Below, one piece after another: positions 11,764-21,353 of a DNA stretch of 32,545 nt (its first letter is position 1; each line of letters opens with the position of its first letter). Origin of the DNA: Hydrurus foetidus (Eukaryota). The stretch is from contig UYFQ01000390.1 in the NCBI GenBank assembly GCA_900617105.1, positions 1 through 32,545 of the forward strand, read 5' to 3'. A model generated the notes under the pieces. The model was not told the origin of the DNA and ran no database searches. It was given only the letters and a program-made list of their open reading frames with translations. Position numbers and translations under genes: made by a program.

Positions 11764-13400
11764 TCACTGGGCGTGGTGCTTTCCAATAGCTGCTGCGGCT
11801 GCCTTAGCGGAACGTAGGCAGCCTTCGAAGTTGCTCTCAGTGAAAGCATCTCCCGTCACTACAACAATACCGCTGCTAACAATATCTTCAAAACGACCAT
11901 CATCTAGTTTTCTTTTGCCACTTCATGGCGGAATTATAAGTTGATGAAGGTAATACGGTTAAATTAGACGTATATTTCGGTAGTGAAGATGATTACAACA
12001 ATTACTAGCTTAATGAATTCGATCACAACAGACAGACACGTGATCAGGATTGTTGCATCCACTACCTTCTCGATGCGTCACTAGACAGTTCTGGCTGCTG
12101 CAGAATGTTGACTTCTCCTTCAAATCCGAAATTGCTGAGTCCTTTACTAATCTGTGAGTCTCTCCAATTGACGATGTGGTGACTATCTGGTTCTCCTATA
12201 AAACGATATAAAAGAAAGTTTTCATGCACAAAACTCACGTGCTTCGGTTGAATCTTAGTGACTCTGCATAATGTGACAGGTAATGAATAAATTGACAAAA
12301 CGTACCTAGGGAAGGAAAGATCATGTTCAAGCTCTTAAGAATCATCTCGTAGACTACTTTCTCGTCAGTGTCTTTGTGTTGAATACCAAATGGAACGCTG
12401 GTATGCACGAGTATAGATGGTCCTGATCCGCTGTGTCCCTCTGACACTGCGCTGACATCTCCCTCCCTAGTAATCTCAGTCTCAGATTTACTGGCTGGGA
12501 AATTCGATTTCCTATTCTCAATCGACACGTAGCGAATAATTTCGTCATCGAAAATGTATTTACCGCTCCACTTTACATTTTGTAAAGCTGACCAGGAGCT
12601 GAAATGGTAATAAAAGGCCACTGCAAATCTGTGGGTTTGATGACGAGAAAACAATCGTTTAGTTGCATGATGACAACTGCACTCGAAGAAAACCAATCAG
12701 GCAAAAGAATTATTTAAATAATCCAGAGGAAGTCAAATGCACGTGAAATTTACCTCGAAGAGTAGACGACGGAACTAAGCTGTTCTCTAAATTTTGTTCC
12801 GAACATTCCCACGATGTCACCCTCTAATGCTAGCAGCTGAGGAGTAGGAAGACTTAATACAATTGTGTCGAAAGACTCTTCCACTTTCGACCCCAATTTT
12901 GATCCCACTGCTGAGTAAACGTTGCTTTTTAATTCTTCGCAGTACTTCACTGTGATGGATTCCAAAGCTGTATCATAGCAAAATACGCTCGGGGGATCAG
13001 TCACTTGCCCTTTCGAAAGATAATCAACAACAGAGGAGAGCCCATTAGGAGCAATATAATGTGTCTTCAAAGCATGTTCTGGTCTCATTCCACTGATAAC
13101 GCTGTTATCGACCATCGGTGCAATAATGCCTGCATCATTAAGTAACGAGTAAATCAAACTCTCTGCTTCATCGGATGACCTCGTCAAATATTGAGCACCC
13201 ATATCGCAGTGAGATTCAGTGTGCTTCCCGTTCCGATCTGGGGCACTATCTAAATAATTCGTAATCATTCTGCCACCGAGGCTGCTGCTCTTTTCCCAGA
13301 CAGTATAAGATGGTCTCAGTGCAGGAAACATAGATGTGACATATCGATTGACAGCTGCTCCGGTAATTCCACATCCAACGACTAAAATTCTCGGTGACAT
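11764..13400 (-). CDS. RNLS: Renalase-like FAD-dependent oxidoreductase, 4 exons
   Basis: Exons 13400-12754, 12628-12306, 12195-12066, 11875 (or 11872, NAGNAG)-11764. Motifs: VVGCGITG, WEKS..LGGRM, DMGAQY, YSSRFA, HTSVPFG, WRDSQ, GDAFTESNFEGCLRSA. Confidence 0.88.
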
Positions 13401-13574
13401 TGGTCCCTCGAAGACAATTTCGGTTAATGAAATTCTATGAGAAGAAATTATTAAGGGAGTGACCTATGTTGGTTCGTTCAAACTAATCATCCTAAGTGGT
13501 CGAATGTCGGAAGAGAAGAAGTTTCAAGGTTCTGCATTACTTTCTGAAAAAGTGAAGAACGATGATTCAGTGAC

Positions 13575-13614
13575 TGTCAGTGTGTCACTGCTTCAGTTCC
13601 CCCGACCGTCGCCC
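13575..13614 (+). repeat. A2 5' LTR, first 40 bp
   Basis: Matches 25301-25340 and is interrupted by element B. Confidence 0.93.
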
Positions 13615-13979
13615 TGTCGGAATAACTATGAGTTAAGTAACCGTATAAGTTATTGCGTATGTACATTTGATGACGTTTCGTACGTCGTGTGCCGGGTGGA
13701 GGTCGCTACTCCACCGGTCCAGGTTCCTTTAACCCAGGAAGATCAAAAAGATGAAAGTACACCATGTTTGACTGTGCGGGACAGATCGAATTTGTCGACT
13801 GTCTCCATGAACGTTGTAAGCCATGTTGCATCGTTAATTACCTTAAATCTCACACCAGCAGAGCTTCGTCTTTGAGCCGGGACAAGTTGCTAGCGCACGT
13901 GTTGAAGTTGCAGAAGGAGCGCGTACCCAGGAAGGATTTAGTATTCCGTTAATCGGAAGTAGAGCCAGGAAATACGACA
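13615..13979 (+). repeat. B 5' LTR (365 bp)
   Basis: Direct repeat of 19518-19883 with TG...CA termini. Confidence 0.97.
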
Positions 13980-13990
13980 TAATTAACGAT
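13980..13990 (+). promoter_or_regulatory. B primer-binding-site position, complementary to its own LTR (candidate self-priming PBS)
   Basis: TAATTAACGAT is the reverse complement of ATCGTTAATTA at 13830-13840. No TGG start. Confidence 0.8.
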
Positions 13991-14015
13991 ACCTTTCAGT
14001 GCCAAAAGTTGCAAC

Positions 14016-15111
14016 ATGAAAGGCAAAGGCAGAGAAGCAAAACCTGCGGGTAGAGGCGGAAACCCTGCCAACGGGGGCAGAGGTCATGCCACCCAAGGAA
14101 AGGCTCCACCAAGGACAGGAACGGTAGCCGCGATTGGCGCATTCCTGGACCTTGGAAGAGAGATGAACCATGGTAGCGTAAGCACATGGATGAGAAAGTT
14201 CCGTGAGTATACACGGACAAATTACAAATCGGACATTAGCGAAATCTTTGGAAACGAGGGGATACCTGGGGAGTACCCGCAGTATATCGCCCCTGTGGAT
14301 ATAGCTCGCGATTCCGACTTTATGGTCCAAACGAAATGGAAGCGAGCACTCGAGCTCTTCGATAAAAACGTCATCACCTTGAGAGAAGACAGAAAACAAG
14401 TCTTCGGACTTATGCTGGGACAGATCAGCGAAGCTTCAAAAGCTACAATAAGAGAGACAGAAGCCGGATTAAATGCGATGACAGCGGAGGATCCGTTACT
14501 GTTACTGAGAGCTATCATATTGACTCACCTATCGGACCCGAGGCTGGGAGCAGACCAGAACCTGTTAAGAGTACGAATGGCGTACGAGACGGTTAAAATG
14601 GAACCCAACGACGTGTTGAAGTTCTACTATCAACGGTTCAAAGCGTTGAAAGCCGGGTACGAGGATACCATGCGTGCCTTGGGAGTCATGCCCGAATACA
14701 ACGAGGTCATGACCACCCACAACCACTTACTGACTTCAATCAAGTTCATGAATGGACTGAACTCTGGATACCGACATTACGTGGAATATTAGGCTAAAAG
14801 CCTGGCCGATCAACTTAGAGGAAGCTTACCTAGAGATGGCTAAGGTTACCCCGAAGAAACCGGCCGGAACCGCCCCCCCAAATCAAACGAACGTACTCGC
14901 AGTGAAAAACGCCGGCGGAGAGAAAACTGCTGCGACTGATAAGAAAGGGAAGTCTGACGGGGGTGATGGGAAGAAGGGTACCCGTCCGGGGTACGGTACC
15001 CGATCGGGCAAGTGTAATAAATGCAATCAACCGGGACACTACGGTTATGAGTGTACGGCCACGGATAGCCCAGCGGCTGCACCAGCAGCCAGTGGAAAAT
15101 CTTTAAACTAA
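14016..15111 (+). pseudogene. gag: B gag with one frameshift near 14790
   Basis: ORF 14016-14792 ends GYRHYVEY*. The continuation RLKAWPINLEEAYLEM...CNKCNQPGHYGYEC (CX2CX4HX4C) is in the +1 frame, ending at TAA 15109-15111. Confidence 0.85.
15102..15108 (+). other. Candidate -1 ribosomal frameshift heptamer T TTA AAC
   Basis: X XXY YYZ in the gag frame directly before the gag stop. The -1 frame is open from here into pol. Confidence 0.75.
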
Positions 15112-18100
15112 GTAAGTTACATCACTCCTCACCTGTACACTCACCCACACCCGCACCTGTACATACACCTGCACTTACATTTACACACACACCTACACAC
15201 ACACGTACCGATCCTCCATGTTTGGCTGATTCCACTAGCGGAATTGAAACATGTGATCATATTGTTTTTAGTGCCAATACATGCAATGTATATAACATGA
15301 TTAAGAGTAGACACATACTGCTTGACACATGTGCTGGTGAGTCGGTATTCAACGACTCATCCCTGCTATACAATGTCGAACACGCACCTACACCTATGAT
15401 TGTTAGCGGGGTGAATCCGAAAGGAAAACCGCTAATAATCAAGAAACGTGGGGTGTCGGCGTTCGGCAATGTTTATTATAGCCCTGACTGTGCTGGTAAT
15501 ATATTGTCTTTTGGTAACGCTGTACGTGACTGTACTGATGTTAAGTACTTACATGACTATGATTGTTACATAGTGCAAGATGTCATTGGCCAATATTTTT
15601 ATAGATTCTCGCGAGATGAGTCTACGAATATATACCAATGTGATCTTGACACTATGGTAACTGAGTGCATGCCAATATTAGTTACGACAGTAGAAGAGAA
15701 GAAGAAGAAGTATACAGTAAGAGAGGTCAGAGACGCGTCGTTAGCTAGAGACTATCAGCGTAGACTAGGATACGCTAGCGCAGCACAAACTATTAAGTTG
15801 ATATCCCAAGGGAATTTGACTAATTGTAAAGTGACTGCGCGAGACGTACATAGAGCAATCGATATATGGGGACCGGACGTGGGATCCCTAAAGGGGAAGA
15901 CCACTAGTCACCAGGCTAAGATAGAAGAGAAGTTGCCATTGATAGGAATAGAGTATAAGACCGAACAGATAATGTATATAGACTTAATGTTCGTGAACAG
16001 AGTACCTTACCTAGTCACAGTAGTGCAGCCTATTGAGTTCCTGTATGTAAGCAAGTTAGCTAATAAAGACCATAAGACAATTTGGAATAGCTTGAAGACT
16101 GCATTAGCCAGCATGGTAAAACACAAGTTCAGAGTTAAGATGATTCGAGTAGACGGTGAGGGTGCAATAAACACCGAATGGTTTCACAACAAAGTCGGTT
16201 TAAGAGGTATAGTATTAGACGTTACCGGAGCCGGGGAAGCCGTAGCCGTAGTAGAACGTAAGATCAGACATATCAAAGAGAGAGTCAGATCAGTCATAAA
16301 TTCGTTACCATTTCAGTTAGATGATAAGCTCGAAGTGTGGTTAGTTAAGTATGCAGTCAGTAGAATTGTATTAGCTCCCACACGTAACTCCACCAATCAT
16401 ATCAGCCCTAGAGAGAAATTGACAGGTAGAAAGATAGATATTGATAAGGAGATTAAACATGGATTTGGTGATTATGTACAAGTGCACAATGATGTAATTG
16501 ATAATTCCACCAAACCAAGAACTGCCGGGGCCATAGCACTTATGAGCTCCGGTAATCTAGAAGGTTCATGGTTTTATATGCTGTTAGCAAATGGGCAGAT
16601 AGTTAAGAGAACTAAAGCCACTATATTACCCATGCCTGATGAAGTCATACTGCATTTGAATAAACTTGCATCGACTAGAAAGACTGCCAATGTTAAACAA
16701 CCTGTATTCGAGAGTAGTCACACTGTATTCAATGATGATGATGATTTTGATGATGATGCTGAATATATTGGTGATATCGAATATGATATCATTGACGAAT
16801 CTGCTGTTGCAGAAGAAGTTGATGATAACATTGAAGATAACTTTGTTGACGATACTCCATATGTTGAACCACAACTTGACACATATGATGAAGATCACCC
16901 ACCCACATTAGATGAATATGTAGATGACACACTATATGTGACAGACACTACTGATGATGCTATTCAATATGATGCACATGAGTATACACCTAAGTATGAT
17001 CAAGCTTTAATAGATGATATATTTGGTGTTAGTGATGATGAAGATGATTTTAATGATGTATCTGTACACTCTGAAGTATTCACACCACCTGTTACAATAG
17101 AAACTGAACATGACTCACCTGACACTGATTCACCCGTGTTGCGTAGAAGTGGTAGAAATCACCAACTTGGCAAATGGAATAAGAAGTTTGTTGGTAGTAT
17201 GTTGTATAATCACACCCACCTATACAAAATGACTGTTAATGAAGGAATTACTAAGTTAGGGGTGGTAGCTGTTGATTCCATCACATCTGAACTAAAACAA
17301 ATGTGTGATAAGAATGTATGGGAAGGTGTAACTTATGAATCCCTTACCCCTAAACAAAAACGCACCATTATACCTAGTAGCATGTTTTTAAAAGAAAAGT
17401 ACACTGCTGATGGTATGTTTGAAAAACTGAAATCTAGACTAGTTGCCGGTGGGCACTTACAAGATAGAGATGTTTATAATAATGGCGCATCACCTACTGC
17501 TAGCACATCCAGTGTATTCATACTAACTGCAATTGCTGCTAGACAGAACCGTGCCGTTGCTACTGTTGATTTCCCCGGTGCATTTCTGAATAGTGATATG
17601 CCGCTGACCGGTGACCATGTTGTATACATGCGTTTAAATAAACAACTAACTGCTGCACTAATTAAAATTGATGCAACATATAACAATTATATTAATGACA
17701 ATGGAACATGTATTGTTAAACTTAAGAAAGCATTATATGGATGTGTAGAATCTGCTAAATTATGGTATGACAAACTATCCAGTGATTTGATTAAATTCAA
17801 TTATACTGCTAATGAATATGACATATGTGTGTTCAACCGAATTGAATCCGATAATACACAAACATCACTCGTAATTCATGTTGATGACATGATCATAACT
17901 GCTTCAACTGAATCTCGTGTTGATGATGTTATAAGACAAATTGAAACTATATATCCCGGTCTAACAAAACACAGAGGAAAAGTTTTAAATTACATAGGTA
18001 TGACATTTGACTTCAGCAAGGAAGGAAGTGTCAAGATGACCATGGAAGGCTTCGTGCATGATCTTATTGAGGGGTGCAAAGACATGCCCGGGACGGCAAC

Positions 18101-18956
18101 TACACCCGCACGACCTAACCTATTCACTGTACCTAACGAATCCGACTCACTCTTACCTGATAATCTGCGTGAGCGTTTTCATTCTATTACAGCCAAGCTG
18201 CTCTACCTGAGCAAGAGGACTAGGCCAGACATTCTGACGGCCGTAGCGTTCCTCACCAAGCGAGTGCTTAATCCCCAGAGGGATGACTATGACAAGCTGA
18301 CCCGTACGATACAGTACATACGGGGTAGTCAGCACATGGGTATAACATTTGAACTATATGAACCTATTCATGTTATTGCATATATCGATGCATCCTTTGC
18401 CATACACCCCGATATGAAAAGTCACACAGGCAGCGTAATCACCCTGGGAAAGGGAGCGATCTACGCCAAGAGCGGTACTCAGCGCCTGATGACAAAGTCC
18501 AGCACGGAGGCGGAGTTAGTCGCACTTAGCGACGCTGCCAACCAAGTGCTGTGGACTAGGAACTTCCTGGAACGCCAGGGACATCCCCAACCTCCCGCAT
18601 TAGTGTACCAAGACAATCAGTCTACGATACAGCTGATACGGAACGGACGTTCGAACAGCGAACGTACGCGGCACGTTGATATACGGTATTTTTTCTTGCA
18701 CGACAGGATTACCACTGGCGATGTGGACATCGTATACCTACCTACCACCGACATGATAGCAGACATACTCACTAAGCCACTCCAAGGGGAGTTATTCAAG
18801 AAGCTCAGGAAGGAGCTACTCAACATTATCCCATCTACCCTCACGTACGCAGAAGGCTGCAAGACCGAGGACCGTACGGGCCCAGCACTGGCACCCGTAC
18901 GCACGAGAACCAACCCACGGTTCCCGTATCCTACACCCCACACTCAAAGAAAATAA
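15102..18956 (+). CDS. pol: B pol polyprotein (PR-IN-RT-RH), uninterrupted
   Basis: Protease LLDTCA; integrase YIDL/RVDGE/VERKIR; RT KSRLVAGG, VDFPGAFL, LYG, HVDD; RNase H YIDASF, TEAEL, QDNQS, ADILTK. Acidic linker between IN and RT. Confidence 0.95.
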   Translation, partial: FKLSKLHHSSPVHSPTPAPVHTPALTFTHTPTHTRTDPPCLADSTSGIETCDHIVFSANTCNVYNMIKSRHILLDTCAGESVFNDSSLLYNVEHAPTPMIVSGVNPKGKPLIIKKRGVSAFGNVYYSPDCAGNILSFGNAVRDCTDVKYLHDYDCYIVQDVIGQYFYRFSRDESTNIYQCDLDTMVTECMPILVTTVEEKKKKYTVREVRDASLARDYQRRLGYASAAQTIKLISQGNLTNCKVTARDVHRAIDIWGPDVGSLKGKTTSHQAKIEEKLPLIGIEYKTEQIMYIDLMFVNRVPYLVTVVQPIEFLYVSKLANKDHKTIWNSLKTALASMVKHKFRVKMIRVDGEGAINTEWFHNKVGLRGIVLDVTGAGEAVAVVERKIRHIKERVRSVINSLPFQLDDKLEVWLVKYAVSRIVLAPTRNSTNHISPREKLTGRKIDIDKEIKHGFGDYVQVHNDVIDNSTKPRTAGAIALMSSGNLEGSWFYMLLANGQIVKRTKATILPMPDEVILHLNKLASTRKTANVKQPVFESSHTVFNDDDDFDDDAEYIGDIEYDIIDESAVAEEVDDNIEDNFVDDTPYVEPQLDTYDEDHPPTLDEYVDDTLYVTDTTDDAIQYDAHEYTPKYDQALIDDIFGVSDDEDDFNDVSVHSEVFTPPVTIETEHDSPDTDSPVLRRSGRNHQLGKWNKKFVGSMLYNHTHLYKMTVNEGITKLGVVAVDSITSELKQMCDKNVWEGVTYESLTPKQKRTIIPSSMFLKEKYTADGMFEKLKSRLVAGGHLQDRDVYNNGASPTASTSSVFILTAIAARQNRAVATVDFPGAFLNSDMPLTGDHVVYMRLNKQLTAALIKIDATYNNYINDNGTCIVKLKKALYGCVESAKLWYDKLSSDLIKFNYTANEYDICVFNRIESDNTQTSLVIHVDDMIITASTESRVDDVIRQIETIYPGLTKHRGKVLNYIGMTFDFSKEGSVKMTMEGFVHDLIEGCKDMPGTATTPARPNLFTVPNESDSLLPDNLRERFHSITAKLLYLSKRTRPDILTAVAFLTKRVLNPQRDDYDKLTRTIQYIRGSQHMGITFELYEPIHVIAYIDASFAIHPDMKSHTGSVITLGKGAIYAKSGTQRLMTKSSTEAELVALSDAANQVLWTRNFLERQGHPQPPALVYQDNQSTIQLIRNGRSNSERTRHVDIRYFFLHDRITTGDVDIVYLPTTDMIADILTKPLQGELFKKLRKELLNIIPSTLTYAEGCKTEDRTGPALAPVRTRTNPRFPYPTPHTQRK

Positions 18957-18963
18957 ATGTTTG

Positions 18964-19111
18964 CTGACGAAGACTCAAAGACTCCGTCATTTCTGCTGCC
19001 CATCCCATCCGACTCTACTACCCCATCAGTGCGCATTCTGACGAAGACCCCAAGACTCCATCATTCCTGCTACCCCCTCCATCATTTTCTACTACCCCGT
19101 CAAGTGCGAAT
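18964..19111 (+). repeat. ~74-bp tandem duplication in the B 3' UTR
   Basis: CTGACGAAGAC...AAGACTCC.TCATT.CTGCT.CCC...CTACTACCCC.TCA.GTGCG occurs at 18964 and 19038. Confidence 0.75.
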
Positions 19112-19517
19112 CGAGACCAAGACCGAACACTGAAGACTCCAAGAAAATCCCGACAGAGACATAAAGAGCGAGGAACGTGGACCCAGACCCAAGACCCGAT
19201 TCCGGGATGAGATAGTACCATCAGTCAGAAAATTACTTTTAAGTGCATTCTTTTGCGTGTTACATAAAGTCTTTTTAGTATTGTTTAACTCTATGCTCAT
19301 TCGGATCAGTCAGACCTTATGATACTAATATTACCCTGTGTGTAATAAATTATCTAACGTCACAATTAAAGTCAACCTCACTATTACCCTACTTCCCTAC
19401 ACTACGAAATCATGTCATGATACACCATTTGTGAAACTCCAAGTAAACGGAGTATTTTTGAATTCTATTGCGTTTTCATTCGCGTACACCAACCCGACGA
19501 CTCACGCCATAGGGGTG

Positions 19518-19883
19518 TGTCGGAATAACTAATGAGTTAAGTAACCGTATAAGTTATTGCGTATGTACATTTGATGACGTTTCGTACGTCGTGTGCCGTG
19601 TGGAGGTCGCTACTCCACCGGTCCAGGTTCCTTTAACCCAGGAAGATCAAAAAGATGAAAGTACACCATGTTTGACTGTGCGGGACAGATCGAATTTGTC
19701 GACTGTCTCCATGAACGTTGTAAGCCATGTTGCATCGTTAATTACCTTAAATCTCACACCAGCAGAGCTTCGTCTTTGAGCCGGGACAAGTTGCTAGCGC
19801 ACGTGTTGAAGTTGCAGAAGGAGCGCGTACCCAGGAAGGATTTAGTATTCCGTTAATCGGAAGTAGAGCCAGGAAATACGACA
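19518..19883 (+). repeat. B 3' LTR (366 bp), preceded by a short PPT-like ATAGGGGTG
   Basis: Direct repeat of 13615-13979. Confidence 0.97.
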
Positions 19884-19888
19884 CGCCC

Positions 19889-20115
19889 CCCCCCCCCTCT
19901 TTTCACAACCGCATACATCGACATTTTCATGCACATTCCGTTCGCTCATTTCACTACACGTTAGATGTCTTCCTGTAATTCAATCTCAATGTATCTCAAC
20001 TTCTCTCGATCTATTCACTCAATACCATTCTGCTCACACAATATAAAGCAGTAATCTTTTAAACAATTCTGTTTCTACCGCATCGTCTTACCGACTTCCG
20101 GCCGATTCACTGACA
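19889..20115 (+). repeat. A2 5' LTR, remainder
   Basis: Matches ~25341-25568 and ends CACTGACA. Confidence 0.95.
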
Positions 20116-20129
20116 ATTGTTTAAAAGAT
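20116..20129 (+). promoter_or_regulatory. A2 primer-binding-site position, complementary to its own LTR (candidate self-priming PBS)
   Basis: ATTGTTTAAAAGAT is the reverse complement of ATCTTTTAAACAAT at 20054-20067. The gag ATG follows immediately. Confidence 0.85.
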
Positions 20130-21353
20130 ATGCTTCCTGCTACAGTCCATCCTAGCGCCCCAGCCGCAACAATTCTCGACATTGTCTCAGATAATTGGGC
20201 ACAGTTTAACAAGGCTTTCACCTTGTCTTGCTACACAAAATTTGGAGTCGCGGGTCAGCAAATTCTTTCAAACAAAGAAATCCCACTTACTCCATTCGCT
20301 GTCGCCCCAACCAAATTGGATTTGGATACTAATCTCGCTGGGAGACCAATACCCGGTCAATACACGTATGCTAGACGCACCACAACAGCAGCTGAAGCTG
20401 CACTCCCGGAATTCGACCTCGCAACAATCTCTTTAACTGAATCAGCTAATCGTGAATATCGCGAGGATCTAAAACTCTACACCGCAGCTGCCCGTATCTT
20501 TGCCCTAGAGGACACTGAGTGCCTCGATCATTTACATCGACACATTTCATTACCTTCTCACACGTCAATCAAAACCCATCCGCTCTACACAGCGTACCAA
20601 CTTCTCCCTATAGGCAAACGCAGCTATGCCTTTTATAAAATGGCAAGGGACATACACTCCATCGGCAACGCAACAACCAAATTACACCGTACTCGTCTGT
20701 ACGTCAATATGTCGCAGATCGATCTCACTCACGAACAATATATGGAACAAATCTGCTCTATGGCTGAAACCTTCAACATTGACTTCGAATCTCCAACCTA
20801 CCCCGGCTACGTTCGCCTAAACGAATTTCACAGCTTCATCTATCTCGCAGGCCTAGATCGCACACAATTTCGAAGAGTCATCGATGAAACTCTCCAGACC
20901 AATCCAACTGGTCGCTTTCCAGACCATATCGCCCTCATGGCCCAAATACAAACTTGGAAAGTAGCCAACGCCTTATCTTTTACAAGGGAGGCTATCTCTA
21001 CTCAGGGGTCAGCTCTTATCGCTAAACCATCCCCTTCAACAAAATCAAACAAAAAGGAGCCTACTCAACGTCCACACCTACATCCTTCACCCTGCACATG
21101 GTGCCTATCCGCTGACAAAGTCTCACGGTATGGCCACTTATCATCTCACTGTTCTAAAAACCCCAACCGACTCCCTGGCCCTAGTCCTGCTCCTGTCCCA
21201 CCAACTCCTCGCCCTCCCTCAAACACATCTACTCGTCTCCATGCACTACTAAGCCAGCTCGACACTGCCACCACGCCAAACGATACTAATGCTGCCATGC
21301 TTCTAATTGCTGAAGCAGCTATTGAAGCGTCCGACTATCCCGACAGCGCCTGA
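20130..21353 (+). CDS. gag: A2 gag, 407 aa
   Basis: Located right after the LTR/PBS; similar to A1 gag; C-X2-C-X10-H-X4-C knuckle. Confidence 0.88.
   Translation: MLPATVHPSAPAATILDIVSDNWAQFNKAFTLSCYTKFGVAGQQILSNKEIPLTPFAVAPTKLDLDTNLAGRPIPGQYTYARRTTTAAEAALPEFDLATISLTESANREYREDLKLYTAAARIFALEDTECLDHLHRHISLPSHTSIKTHPLYTAYQLLPIGKRSYAFYKMARDIHSIGNATTKLHRTRLYVNMSQIDLTHEQYMEQICSMAETFNIDFESPTYPGYVRLNEFHSFIYLAGLDRTQFRRVIDETLQTNPTGRFPDHIALMAQIQTWKVANALSFTREAISTQGSALIAKPSPSTKSNKKEPTQRPHLHPSPCTWCLSADKVSRYGHLSSHCSKNPNRLPGPSPAPVPPTPRPPSNTSTRLHALLSQLDTATTPNDTNAAMLLIAEAAIEASDYPDSA

Larger units (their letters stand above)
13615..19883 (+). mobile_element. Full-length Ty1/copia LTR retrotransposon B (young)
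   Basis: TSD CGCCC (13610-13614, 19884-19888); LTRs TGTCG...CGACA differ by only 1 substitution and 1 indel by eye. Confidence 0.97.

Noticed and set aside
13459..13952. ORFs 13459-13875 and 13764-13952, plus copies at 19591-19856
   Set aside because: They run through LTR sequence and insertion junctions and show no protein motifs.
15048..15143. TGAGTGTAC / GTACACTCA pairing flanking the slippery site as a frameshift stimulator
   Set aside because: One arm is upstream of the heptamer and would be unwound by the ribosome; 9 bp may be chance.
18957..19517. env-like extra ORF in element B
   Set aside because: Only short ORFs over a tandem repeat, with no convincing signal-peptide or transmembrane architecture.
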